From: Felis catus
Taxonomy: Eukaryota
DNA length: 64,000 bases
Direction: 5' to 3'
NCBI RefSeq assembly: GCF_018350175.1
Contig: NC_058368.1
Span: forward strand, 212,600,001-212,664,000
Shown: one piece after another, positions 26,136 through 38,679 of the stretch
Numbering within the stretch: position 1 is the first letter of the stretch
Layout of the letters: each line of letters starts with the position of its first letter
Position numbers and translations under genes: made by a program
Notes under the pieces: generated by a model
Told to the model about the DNA's origin: nothing
The model's input: the letters and a program-made list of their open reading frames with translations, nothing else
Database searches by the model: none

Positions 26136-26861
26136 TGTTAAGTCACAAGTGCAAAGATAGGAAAGGCTATAAGTTATAAAATCAGAGTCTATTTTTATAT
26201 AGGTTACACTTGACAATAGAAAGTCAGCCATGGTCCTGAGAGCAATAGCCAGCAAGTCTCTGATGAGAACTTGCCTTATAATTTATGAAATAATTTGCCT
26301 CCAAACCAACTTCCCCAGCTATAAAATGGGACTAATGTTATAACAATCAAAGCATAAAACACTGAATTAATTTTCATTGAAAAAGGACGATGAAATTCTC
26401 TGCAAAAATGCACTTTGGTGCAAATGTTGAGGGAAAGAGCTTAAATGAATTAGGAAATAATAAACCTACAGTATGAAAAAAATGATGAAAATTTGCCATT
26501 CTTGGGTCAAAGAATGAAACAAAATATCTGTTATTTTGAAATAACTTTATTTGAGAGATCAGGAAAAATAGCAGCTGAGGCTAAAATCAAAAGCTTCAGA
26601 AAGGTTGTGAGCTCAGAACATTGGGTTTAGGTCAACGTGTCATGTGTACTAAGTTAAGGGTGTCTTCTGAATTTTGGTGGCAAACAACCACTAAGATTAA
26701 AACATGCCATAAAAATCATGTTTTGAAAACTGTGGTTTACATTCGTCTGTAGAAAACTGGGTCCTGCTGATAGCCCAAATGTATGACTTAAGCCATCTGC
26801 TACTTCTGCTGATATGAAAGAGAAAGACATAAATGTCACTTATAGCAGTGATCTCCTTAGC

Positions 26862-27864
26862 TCTGCTTAGCCCTTCAGGAGTTCCTCTGCAGTATATTCA
26901 TTTGATGATTACTTATTTCATGATTTTATGTCTTTTTTTTTAATTTTTTTTAACGTTTATTTTATTTTTGAGACAGAGAGACAGAGCATGAACAAGGGAG
27001 GGGTAGAGAGAGAGGGAGACACAGAATCTGAAACAGGCTCCAGGCTCTGAGCTGTCAGCACAGAGCCCAACGCGGGGCTCGAACTCATGGACCGTGAGAT
27101 CATGACCTGAGCTGAAGTCGGACGCTTAACCGACCGAGCCACCCAGGCTCCCCGATTTTATGTCTTTTTAACATTCTTTATCTAGACTGTAGGCTGAGAA
27201 TCTTTTCTGCTTTGAATGCCTTTCCTTATCCCGGAAGATGCCGAGGTTATCATTTTATTCACACTGGAAACTCAGAATGTTTGCTGATAATAATGTCTGG
27301 AAAGGGAAGCGCATCATTTTCAGGCACATGAAGCAAAGGTTACTCATTTCTATTGCTTTAGTCTGGGCCTCTTACCATAGCATTGTATGTATTAAAGATC
27401 ATGGACTCGAGTCGGGCAGCCTGGGTTCAATTCCAGCCCTACTATGTACCTTGGTCAAATTACTTATTCTCAGTGTCCCTTAGTTTTCCAGTCTATGAAA
27501 CAGAGATGATACTAGTACTTGGTCCTGACTTGTAATGATTAAGCAAGTTAATACTAAAATGAGAATCATGCCTACAATGTAGTGAGCACTAAATATATAT
27601 TTACTAAAGAAGTAATTTTTCACCAAGATTGCTGCCACTGTCACATGTTTGTGTTTCTGCCCCTAATCCTGTTCCCCACCAATTCCCTTGTGACTGCAGA
27701 GTGACCCTTCTAAAGTACAAGTAGAATACTCTACTTCTCTGCTTAATTGTCTAAATAGAGTTTCACCTTCTAGCTATCATGGAGTAAATGGTACCAAGCT
27801 AGACTTTTTGCCATAAACATCACTAAGACTGGACAAAACATATCAGGCAACTGGTTTTCAGGCA
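26862..27864. repeat. Long inverted repeat, right arm (771 bp plus 232 bp of SINE and TSD)
   Basis: See left arm. Contains a MIR (~27380-27600) and the start of an old L1 5' region. Confidence 0.97.
26938..27153 (-). mobile_element. Felid CAN-SINE inserted only in the right arm of the inverted repeat
   Basis: Reverse SINE flanked by 16-bp TSD gattttatgtcttttt (26922-26937 / 27154-27169). The left arm has the single empty site (aaaaagacataaaatc, 26060-26075). Confidence 0.96.
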
Positions 27865-29990
27865 ATTCACAATATCCAGTTTAAGTCTGTGATCCTTGAG
27901 GAGGAAAAGTCACAAAGTGAGTCCCACGATTGCCCAGTTCTGGATTACTGACACAGTTAGAAAGTGGTGGGTGGGGCATCATTGAGAAAGGGAGCTGTCC
28001 CAGAAATCTGTGATGGACCACCTTAAGTCCATGACTGAGGAGTCCATGAGCTATATATTCTCAGGACAAATCACTCACAGCTTAATAGCTACCAGCTGCT
28101 ATAAGTGTGAGAGCTGAACAAAGATATTGGAGGTGAAACAATACCTACTGACATTGAAGTTCCAGCTTTGCCAGAGTAGAGATTTTTGTGTGAAGCCTCT
28201 ATAACACCCCTGACATCCAACTGAGACACCAGAAAGGCATTTTATTTTTTATTTTTTTTTAATTTTTTTAACATTTATTTATCTTTGAGATAGAGAGAGA
28301 GACAGAGCACGAATGGGGGAGGGTCAGAGAGAGGGAGACATAGAATCCGAAACAGGCTCCAGGCTCTGAGCCGTCAGCACAGAGCCCGATGCGGGGCTCG
28401 AACTCACGGACCGTGAGATCATGACCTGAGCCGAAGTCGGCCGCCCAACCGACTGAGCCACCCAGGCGCCCCCAGAAAGGCATTTTAGAAGTAAGGACCA
28501 TACCCTGGAGTAAGACCTACCATAAAATTGCCTTAAGAAATCCTAATACCAAGTTCTCAGGAGATCCATAAAGCAATAGAGTTTGGAGGTTGAGTCCCAC
28601 TAAGTTAGAAGGGCTGACAAAATACCTTGGGTTTTCCATAGCTCTTCACTAATAAAGCATAAAATCAAACCTATACAGATTCTAAGGGATTAGCCAGCAA
28701 TTGAACTTGTTGCCAAATAAAAAGTGAGGAAAATAGAAACATAGAAATGCAATATATAGTTAAGAAAGAAAGTCAATAGAAACAGTTGATTTTCTGCAAG
28801 GTAATTCAATGGGAAAATGATAGTGTTTCCAACAAATGATGCCAAAACAATTGTAATGTGATCTAAATGTAGAAAACAATAGATTTCAACTCTTACTTCA
28901 CACCATATATAAAATTAGCTCAAAATTGATGTTATACCTAAATGCAAAGATGAACACTATAAATCTTTTAGAAACAAACATAGGAAAACAGAAAGATGAG
29001 TAACCATAAAAGAAAATATTGATAAATTGGATATCCTCAAAAATTCAAACCAATTGCTTTTCAAAGGGGAAACTCAAGAAAGTGAAATGGCAAGCAACAT
29101 ACTAAAAGAAAGTACTCATAACACAAATAACTGACAAAGTACTTGGATATAAAGAACTCTTACAACTTAATGATAAAACAATCAACCCAATTTTTTAAAA
29201 TGGCAAATGAAGTAAATACATTTTATAAAAGGCAAAATTCAAATGGCCAATTATGTAAATAGATGTTCAACATTATTAGTCATTATTGGAAATATAAATT
29301 AAAATCATAATGAAATACATTTCAAAAGTATAAAATGTCTAAAATTAAACAAATTGGTAATATAAAATATTGGCAATGATATGGAAAAACAAGAATTTTC
29401 ATAAATTTATGGTGTGATATAAAATGGCATGACCACTTTGGAATAGTCTGCCATTTTCTCTAAACTAAACATACTTATCAAATGAGCTAGCCAATCTTTT
29501 CTGTGGTATTTCCTGAAAAGAAATGAAAACTCATGTGCAAAAAAGACTTGTACATAAATGTTCATAGCCACTTTATTTATAGTGGCCAAACAGCCCAAAC
29601 AATATTATAGAATATCATAAAATCAATACTAGTAAGCAATAAAAAAGAAATAAACTATTAATACATACAACATGGAGAAATTTCACAGATATGTTGAGTA
29701 AAGAAACCAAGAGTTTATATGGAAAAATATATTTATATGAAACTGTAGAATAAGTAAAACCAAATCATAAAGTGATTAAAAGCAGAGCAGTTTTTACCAA
29801 AGTCAGAAGGTAGGGGAGCAAGAGAGGAGATGGTTATAAAGTGATGCTAGCAAACTTTCCCAGGAAATGAAAATATTCTATATTTTGACTGGAGTGTGAG
29901 TTACACATGTATACATTTGTCAGAATTCTTTTGAGCTTAAATCTATGCATTTTATTGAATGTAAATTCAATTCACTTCATTAAAAAAAAT
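27750..29990 (+). mobile_element. Old L1M-type relic (5' region ~27750-28720, ORF2 end and 3'UTR ~28740-29990)
   Basis: 'ctggacaaaacatatcaggcaactggttttcaggca...tgtgatccttgag' resembles old L1 5' ends. 'aattcaatgggaaaatgatagtgtttccaacaaatgatgc', 'acttgtacataaatgttcatagccactttatttatagtggccaaa' and 'aaatctatgcattttattgaatgtaaatt' are typical of the L1M 3' end. Confidence 0.75.
28245..28472 (-). mobile_element. Felid CAN-SINE
   Basis: Reverse SINE with many CpGs retained; TSD cagaaaggcatttta. Confidence 0.95.
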
Positions 29991-29999
29991 TAGATCCTT

Positions 30000-30432
30000 C
30001 ATATCCCAACTTCCACCCCACTCTGTAGCCTAATCTCAAACTGTTTCATCTTGAACTTTAAATTTTCTCCATTTTAGGTATTTCTTACCTTCAAGTTTTT
30101 GCGTAAACTGTCCCTACTACTTGATAATCTTTCCACTTCTTTTTCATCTTGAGGAAAGTGTTTCCTTCTAACCCTATATTGGTTAAATGCTCTTCCCATT
30201 TGTTCCCAAAGCATTCTAGCATAATGCTCAGTAGAGAATATATTTTGTACATTCTTATTACATGTTATTGTTTTTGCTTGTTTGTCTGTCTTTCCTGTAA
30301 ATGATAACTTCCCTGAATATAAGAACTGTGTCTGCTTTGTTTGCCACCATACCTATCAGAGCCTTGGCTTACAGTTCGCACTTATTACATATTTGTTGAA
30401 TGAATAAATGAATGAACGAATAAATGAACAAA
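30000..30432 (+). mobile_element. LINE-2 3' end
   Basis: Ends in 'tatttgttgaatgaataaatgaatgaacgaataaatgaa', the L2 tail. Confidence 0.7.
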
Positions 30433-30859
30433 TGAGCTCACATAAACCTCCTGAAATCTTTAGGTAGATTCTCAGTGATTTCAACGTTCTGTTTTCTAAG
30501 TAAAATTAATTGAGGGCTTCCCCTTCTGAATGTTATTTTTGGTATGGCACCACACATTTTATTATAGGTATTTTTTTCTAAATGGTATTTCTCAGAAGCC
30601 ATCGTTTTTGTAGGAGTAGTGAGTCACAGAAATGCAATTCTTGGCTGTGCCTTCCCCCACCATCCCGTCCCCCCCAGCTAGCCAGACCAAACATTCCATA
30701 GTAACCATGTTTTTGATTGTCTACAGGATTTCTGTCTGATTTAGATTGTCTATCAAGATATTTTATAGTCTTCTTCCACTCTGAAAAGTATAGCATATTC
30801 TCCCTTCTTATAATGTTCTCTGCTTTTTTGCAAATGCTTTTTAAAAATAAGTGCCTTAC

Positions 30860-30980
30860 ATACGTATGTAAATATATATATAAATATATAAATATATATA
30901 TAAATATATATACATATATATGTACATTATATCTATACATATCTATACATATATATACATATATATGTACATTATATCTA
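30860..30980. repeat. Compound (TA)n low-complexity repeat with a duplicated ~30-nt unit
   Basis: 'atatatacatatatatgtacattatatcta' occurs twice in an AT run. This explains the YI-rich ORFs on both strands. Confidence 0.9.
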
Positions 30981-32579
30981 GTTGTTAAACACTCTTCTAA
31001 GATAGGCATTAATAGTCCCACTTCACAAATAATGAATTACAGGACATAGTGTTTTCAAAGTCACATAACTAATAAGTGGCAGAACCAAAATCTAGGCCTG
31101 TCAGAATTTTAAGCCTTTGTCTTTATATGTGTGCAGCATTGCTCTCCTAAGTGTAGGGAGGGAAGAAAATTAGGGAGTCAAGAATGAACCACAGTTTTCC
31201 AGCTAAGTAGACTAGGTATCAAGTGGTGGCATCCATGTTCTGAAACCAGGTATGCAGGTAGAGGGACATGTTTGGAGGAGAACATGGTATTTGGAGATAT
31301 ATGAAGATTAGTATTTAATGATATTGAGACAGGGATGCCTGTAGGCCATTATATTCAGCTACTTCAGGTGATGGAAATGAGACTTTGGAGCACAAGTTGT
31401 ATGCTTGGGTTGGAGATGAAGGTGTGAACACCAAAGTACCTATGTAGTGGTACTTTGGGTATATATTGAATCACCCAGGAGGAGTATGCAGATTGAGAAG
31501 AGGCTTAAATGTCCAACTTTGATTTATTGGCCTCTAGATTCCTCTTGTATATCTTATATAAAAATCTCATGCATGTATCACAAGACATCCAAGAGATACG
31601 TATAAACATCATTGATATAAACTCCTCCAAGTTTACTACTTCTGTTTCTGTTCTCTTTGGAAGCTATTCATCACTTAACAAATGATAAAAATTTTTCTTT
31701 CTTGAACATGTTATGCTTAAAACCATTTCCTTTAATGCTAAAGAGTGCAAGTGGACCTCGGAAAGACTGGAACTTAGAATTAGAAAGCTATAGGGAGAGC
31801 CAAGGATGACCTCACTCCATTTTCTATTCCTGCTTCTTGCTGTATGTCTGGTTCATCTTCTCTAAGCTCCTCTTTGCTCCTTCTGTCCTCTCTCTCTGCT
31901 CCCAAAGCTGACTGAAAAAATATGACCACCCAGAGTAGAATATGCTTACTAAGAATTTTCCTAGTCTTGAGTTCCTGTTGGTTTTCCTTTCTCCACATTG
32001 TGCATGTATTATTTTTAATCCTTACAATAACACTTCAAGACTGAATTATTCTTTCTGCATTATATATGAGGAAACTGAAGCTGAGAGAGATTGTGGCCTG
32101 CCAGGTCACTGTCATCTGCTGGAGATTCAAAAATGAAAAGATAAGGCCTCTGTTTTCATGGACTTCATAGCCCAATATTGAAGCAGATATTTATCATTAT
32201 AGGTACAGACGTAAATTCTTATTACCAAATTCTGTGAGAAGTGCTGTAATAGCTCTGTAAACACGGAATTGTATTAACACATCGTGTAATGCCTGGAGAA
32301 GCAGGGAGAGCACTGTATAAAGGACATTTGAACCAAAGTTGGAAGAATGTGTAGCTCTCTAGGAGGTACAAAAGGGGTAAATGACATTTTAGGTTGTAGA
32401 GGCATAAGGGTGTTTATTATAAACAGGGAAAGCAGTGCTGTCCATGTTTCTTTTTCAACCTATGGCTCACCTTTTGAGTTGGCACCCAGAGCTCAGGTGT
32501 GCTTTATGTGAGCTTGGCTACAGCCTTCTAAAATGGTTCAAAATAATCAGATTTCTAGTAAGCTAGAGAAGAAGACACT

Positions 32580-32780
32580 CGAGACCCAATATTTGGCTCA
32601 ACTGGTTAAATGTCTGACTGTTGATTTCAGTTCAGCTCATGATCTTGTGGTTCATGAGTTTGAGCCCCACAGCCTGCTTGGGATTCTCTCTCCCACTGCT
32701 CCTACCCTGCTCACTTTCTCTCTGCCCCTGCTCTCTCTCTCTCTCTCTCTCTCAGAATAAATAAATAAGCTTAAAAAATT
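32580..32780 (+). mobile_element. Older CAN-SINE
   Basis: 'tggctcaactggttaaatgtctgactgttgatttcagttcagctcatgatcttgtgg', (CT)n, aataaataaataa. Confidence 0.85.
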
Positions 32781-35369
32781 AAGTCTCTCTCTTGCTTCTG
32801 TAGTTTTCTTTTTCTCCTCCCTACACACCCACCCCACAACAGTATAAATCAGCACAGACAACAATGTGGGATTTGGCAGTAATTGCTATTAGTTTTGAAA
32901 ATGAATACGTACCAAAACATAGGCATTACAAAAGCTGTTTGTGTTGCACATTATACTTTGTTTTAGGCTATCCCCAGGTATATTTGTCAGATTATTTGTC
33001 AGATATATTTCTCCATCTTACAGTCTATATCATCCTGCTCTGTATAGAACTTTTGAAATATCCCACCAAATAAGATGACTCTGGACTCTGTACAGACTTA
33101 TTTGGCAAGGTATGGGTTACAGCCTTGCATATGTCTCTTCAGAAATAAGGTTGAAATGTAGGTGCTGTCTATATACAAAGCAGCTGAAGACTGTAGCTTG
33201 CTATGAAGCAAGAAAAGTACTGACAAATTTTACTACTTATGAGGTGCATTTTCTCATAGCTAAGTATACCCTAAGAGATGTTTAAAAAAAAGTTTTTCCT
33301 TAAGCCATAAAAAAATCTTAATAAGCAAGAAAACTTTAATGCATAAAACATGATATTTAAGTTTCAGTAGAATTGTACCTGAACATTTATTTATAAACTC
33401 ATTCTATTCCTGAAGTTCTGAAGAAAGGGGATGGGTGTTTCTATAGAATTCTATTTCAGCTTAGCATTTGTCAGTAGGACAATTCAACATGAATGTCTTT
33501 TCTGCATGCCATTTTATCAGAAATAGCCTTATTTTTGAACCCTAGGTCTTGCTGGTTCAGGACATAAAAAATATTGCCTATACTAAATTATCTCATTTGA
33601 TCTAATATAACTAAAAATTGACTAGTCCAGAAGGACTCAGGTAAAAGCCAGCACAAATTTATTTAATTATGCTACCCTACTGGCCCTCACCACTAATGGG
33701 GATGGCATATAATGATGGCATGTAACTTTTGCAAACATTTTTTGTCCAGGCAATTGTATGGGTATGTAATAAAAAATGAAAAAATATAACATATATTTGG
33801 TAAGGTGAGAGTATGTCTTCTTCACCATTACTGCCAGTCATATAGCCCCATCTCCAGAGGCATTTACCATATCCAGACTTTCTCTGTCCTTCCAGAGATA
33901 TTATGTACGTGTGTGTGTACATGCCCATTCCTTTAATTCTATACAGATGGTAGCACACAATACACCTGTTTCACATCTTGCTTTTTCATTTAACACATGT
34001 GGGAGTTGTTGCCTATCAGTTCATGCAGATATGCCTCATTCTATTTAATTGATGCCTAGGATTCCATTATTTCATTGCACTGTAGTTTACTTACCAGATC
34101 GCTATTAGTGGAAATTCATGTTATCTCCAGTTTTTGCTAATATAGACAATGCTGCAGTGAATATACTTTGAATATATATGGGATTATTTGTCAGATATAT
34201 TTCTGGAAGCATAATTTCTGGATTAAATATGGGGAGTGGAAGTAAAGGCATTTTTTTAATAAAAGCTCAGAAATGATCAGAGATTTTATGTCTTAGCTTA
34301 GCTCTATGTCTCTTTCTCTTAGTTCTGTCTCTTTCCTAGGGATTCCTAAGCTGAGACTACAGTACATTTCATTCTACTTTACAGACTACTCTGAATTCTT
34401 TTGTCTTTTTATCCTGTCTGTTCCATCAATTATCAAATCTGGATTAATCAAAACATGTGCCTTCTTCACTATATACCTAGACTGTCAACTGTTTGGGGGA
34501 GACACATGTAATTTGGCTCTATTACAAACTTATGTTTCCTAAGATCATTTAGAGACTTTATACTATTCATAAATCCTTTTACTTACACCTAACTCATTGT
34601 TTCCTATTTCCAGCATTGGCCATTCCACTGGCTGATCTGTATTTATAACTTTCTATCTTACTTTTACCAGCACAGGAAATGGCTTGGTTCCCTACGTATT
34701 ACAGAAACACAGCTCTTTAGCTAAGAACCCCCTTAATTTCTCTTTTAATCCTCAAAATTTCTACATGAAATCTTCTGATCTCAAAACAGGAGTTTCCCTT
34801 TCACTAACCAGTCCTAATCTTGACATATTTTCCTATTCCCAATGCCTCTCTACTGATTTGTTTACTCCATGGTATAAATAAATTTTTAAAAATAAAAATC
34901 CACTCTCTACCCTTTATTCTCCTGCAGTGATTGCTTCCCATTTCTTCCCAAGTAGCATTCTTAAGACAGCAGGCCAAAGAATAGATATTGCCACCATGTC
35001 TAATTTCCTATATGCTTGCCCATTCACTGAAGAATGCCTCTACCACAGCACTGTGGTCTCCAGAAAATGTCAAATTTCCAAGACTTTTGAGCAGTCTTGG
35101 GCATCATCATACTTAAATATTCCCCCACATTTGACAGTTGATTTTCCCCGAACCTCAACCCCTCCAACAAAATTTCTGTTGTTTTCATTATAATTTCACT
35201 TCTTGTTTTCCTTTCCTTTTTAAAAGTAAACTATTCTAGTTTCTTTCTGACTTTAAGTCTTTAGGTCCTGTGTTCCCTAAGATTAAGTTCTTAGCATGTT
35301 TTTGTTCTCTTTTTTTGTTTGTTTGTTTGTTCCCTGTTATTATGTCTTGAAGTCTGAATTCTTTAAATT

Positions 35370-36010
35370 CTTTTTTTTGTTGTTGTTGTATTTGACACAC
35401 AATGTTACATTAGCTTCAGGTATACAGCATAGTGATTTAACAACTCTATACATTATGCTATTCTCACAAGTGTAACTACCATCTGTCACCATACAGTACT
35501 ACAAATTATAGTATCATTAACTATATTTACCATGCTGTATCTTTCAGCCTCGAGACTTACTCATTCCATAACTGGAAGCTTGTACCTCTCACTCTCCTCT
35601 GCCCATTTTACCCATCCCTCCAACCCCTCCCATCTGGCAGCCACCAGTTTGTTCTCTGTATTTATGGGTCTTTTTCTGCTTTTTTTGTTTGCTTTGTCTT
35701 TTAGATTCTACACATAAGTGAAATCATGTGGTATTTGTGTTTCTCTGTCTGATTTATTTTACTGATTTATTTTACTTCAGCACAATGCCCTCTAAGTTCA
35801 TCAATGTTGTCACAAATGCAAGATCTCATTCCTTTTTATGGCTGAGTAATATTCCATTGTATGTATATACCACATCTTTATCCATGCATCTATTGATGGA
35901 TACTTAGATTGCTTCCACATCTTGACTGTTGTAAATAATGCTGTAACCATAGGGATGCATATATATTTTCAAATGAGTATTTTTATTTTCTTTGGGTAAA
36001 TACCAGTGAT
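35370..36010 (-). mobile_element. L1 3' end (carnivore/L1MA-like), antisense
   Basis: 'ttacattagcttcaggtatacagcatagtgatt...cctttttatggctgagtaatattccattgtatgtatataccacatc...tttgggtaaatacc'. Confidence 0.85.
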
Positions 36011-37285
36011 GATCCTTTATTTTAAAAACTTTGTCCCTTACTTTGTGGCTTCTTGACTCAATCATCTTCATTTGCATTGAGCCAATGGCTAAGATGATGA
36101 TGATGATTATAACAAAGAGGAGGATGAAGAGTTAACCTGAGCAATGGCATGTTTCAAGGTACAGGGGTTCTCCTTTTCTTTTGTGGATGTTGTCATGAGG
36201 AATGTGAATTTTGGAAACACTGAAAATATTCATTAAATAGAGAAAAGTTGTTGCTTCTGTGTCCCAAAATAAGGGAACATGTGGTCACCAGATGTGATGA
36301 AATAGAACTCCAGGTTCTCACTGTTTTCAACTTTTCAACCTTTTATCCCAAACCACCAGGTCCCTTTTGCATGTTACCTCTGCCTAGAATACATCCATTC
36401 CATTTCCAAGGCAATGTTTCTAGACTCTTGGCTATATCTTCTTTTTTTGGTCTCAGCCATTTGAAGCAGAACTCCAGTTTATAACAGTTGTAAAGTATTT
36501 GGGGTGATGATAGCATCAGTTATTATTTATCTGTTCAGCTTTCTTAAAGTTGAAGAAAATAAGCAAAGTTTTATGGAAATATGTATTATCTTTACCAGTC
36601 ACTGCTTGACTTTCCTCCATTCTGGAGCTCTAGGCCCATTTCACGCTCCTTTCCTGCTAGACCTGTGTGTATCTCCAGCTTTGGTCTCACATGCTGTATA
36701 TCAGTGCCCAGCTCTACTGTTCCTTTCGCCAGATGCAGCCAGTTTTACAAATGAAATTATACATTTGAACCAGATGAGTTTGGCTTGGTGATTGGCCCTG
36801 TGCACAGTCTACAATTTGGGTCAGACTTATGAAAAGTTTGGTGAATTTGGCACCATCTTTGAGGAAGTGTGGACTGTCTTAAAACTCCAAAGAGAAACCT
36901 TTAGGATCTCAGACATTCCATCTTTTGTGGGCTTCCAGAAAAGGCCACCCTCAGCTGGCATGAGAGAGAGGGCTTATTTTCAAACTATTCAAGTCATGTT
37001 GTAACTAGAAGTTGAAGTCTGGTGCAAAACCATGAAAACTGAAGAGATAATTTGCACTGATCCTGGAATAAGCAGCTTCACTCTACTGTGTAGTGACTCT
37101 GGTGGAGATGGTTCAGGAAGAGAATATTTCTACTGCTGAAGCATAATTTTATGAAAGAGTTTCTTCAAGCTATTTGTGTTCCTTAGAATAAATATCATTT
37201 CTAAAATGTGAGAAAAAATAAGGCCAAGTTAGTTTAGGGAAGTCAATGACCTGATTCCTTGTATCAATTAAAATAGATTTATAGG

Positions 37286-37510
37286 GGGGCGCCTGGGTGG
37301 CTCAGTCGGTTAAGCGGCCGACTTCGGCTCTGGTCATGATCTCGGGGTCCGTGAGTTTGATCCCCGCGTCAGGCTCTGTGCTGACCGCTCAGAGCCTGGA
37401 GCCTGTTTCCGATTCTGTGTCTCCCTCTCTCTCTGACCCTCCCCGTTCATGCTCTGTCTCTCCCTCTCTCAAAAAATAAATAAATGTTTAAAAAAATTAA
37501 AAAAATAAAA
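37286..37510 (+). mobile_element. Felid CAN-SINE
   Basis: Intact head; 17-bp TSD taaaatagatttatagg. Confidence 0.95.
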
Positions 37511-38502
37511 TAAAATAGATTTATAGGTTCCAAGGTGTGGGATACCTCTGTGCTGTTCCTTCTTGTTGGCTTCAATAGGAATGAGACTTAAATTAGGATC
37601 CCAGTGCTAAGGCCTGAGAATTTTTTCCATCTCAGATTTTCAAAGAATCATAAAGCAGCTTGAAAGAAAGCCTCACTCACTCACCCTTAAACCTCCACTG
37701 AAAAATAAATAATTGAAGCCATTGCTGAGCATGATTAATGAAGATACATTATAATAATTTATTATACTGTTTTTGGAGGGCTGTTTTTCCTCCATTTTTT
37801 CTCATCTGTCTCCTATATTACCTCTACTACTACTCTGGAGACTGAGCAAAATGCAGATGTTAAGAACATAAAGATATCAAAAAGTTAGTTTTGGCTGAGT
37901 TAGCAGTGACCACATTACAGGTCTCAGAATTTCCCTCCTTCATGTGGCTTTTTTGTAAGTTGGACAATAAATTTACTAGTATGCAGTTACTTCATATATG
38001 ATCCAAACATGCTTCATTGGATAAAAGGGAGTAACTGTGAATAGGTCTGCAGGAAACTTGTACATCAGACTCAAGTATGGATGGAGGGACCCAAGAATTT
38101 AGGTGAAACTTTTCATATCTTACAAATACATTGCTTAAGACATTTGTAAAATTTTTAAATAACAGAAAGCCCTTCTTGTGCCTAATTACCACATATATGT
38201 TTCTACAGGAAGTCATATAAATTAATTATAATTTGTTAATGCTGGTGCTATTTACCTGACTATATCTCTACCTTTTGGTTGAGGTATTGCCTGTTTAACA
38301 TTAAAGAACCTTCTTGATTGCACCACCTACCCCTTGCATTTATAAAGCCCTGATATTTAAAAGTGTTTTAATTTCATACAGATGATCTGAATTCATCCTA
38401 AAACACTGTGCTAAAATGGTGTGTTTCTTATTTAAATTGTTAAAGCTCTTGTCTAGCCAATAAGAGCTTCTATATTTTTATCTCAAAAGAGTGTATTTAG
38501 AG

Positions 38503-38679
38503 CAATGATTCTTAACCTTAGCTTCACGTTAGAATCATCTAAGGAGCTTTAAAAAATTCTGATGCCCAGGCTGTAGCCAAGACCACTTAAATCAGAATTT
38601 TAGGACATGGCATCTAGGCATCAGTACTTTTCCTGGCTCCCTAGATGATTCTAACGTGTAGCCAAGATTGAGACTACTG
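38503..38679. mobile_element. MER5A-like hAT-Charlie MITE
   Basis: Degenerate terminal inverted repeats (caatgattcttaacctt ... aagattgagactactg), internal palindromy (acgttagaatcatcta / tagatgattctaacgt) and an 8-bp TSD atttagag/atttagaa typical of hAT elements. Confidence 0.85.

Noticed and set aside
26230..26343. 37-codon ORF with strong Kozak context (gccATGG) in the palindrome spacer
   Set aside because: Short, ends in MIR-core-like sequence (ttccccagctataaaatggg), and has no recognisable homology.
25746..27483. Two near-identical 81-aa ORFs (MPRLSFYSHWKL...) on opposite strands, as a duplicated gene
   Set aside because: They result from the inverted duplication. The 3' half is MIR-derived, and there is no recognisable domain or promoter.
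25365..27864. The inverted repeat as the terminal inverted repeats of a DNA transposon, or as an assembly artefact
   Set aside because: There is no flanking TSD or transposase, and the arms contain pre-existing MIR and L1 sequence. An arm-specific SINE with TSD and 8 substitutions argue against a read fold-back, although long reads would be decisive.
30578..31049. 147-aa and 110-aa overlapping ORFs
   Set aside because: Kept open by a (TA)n low-complexity tract (YI repeats).
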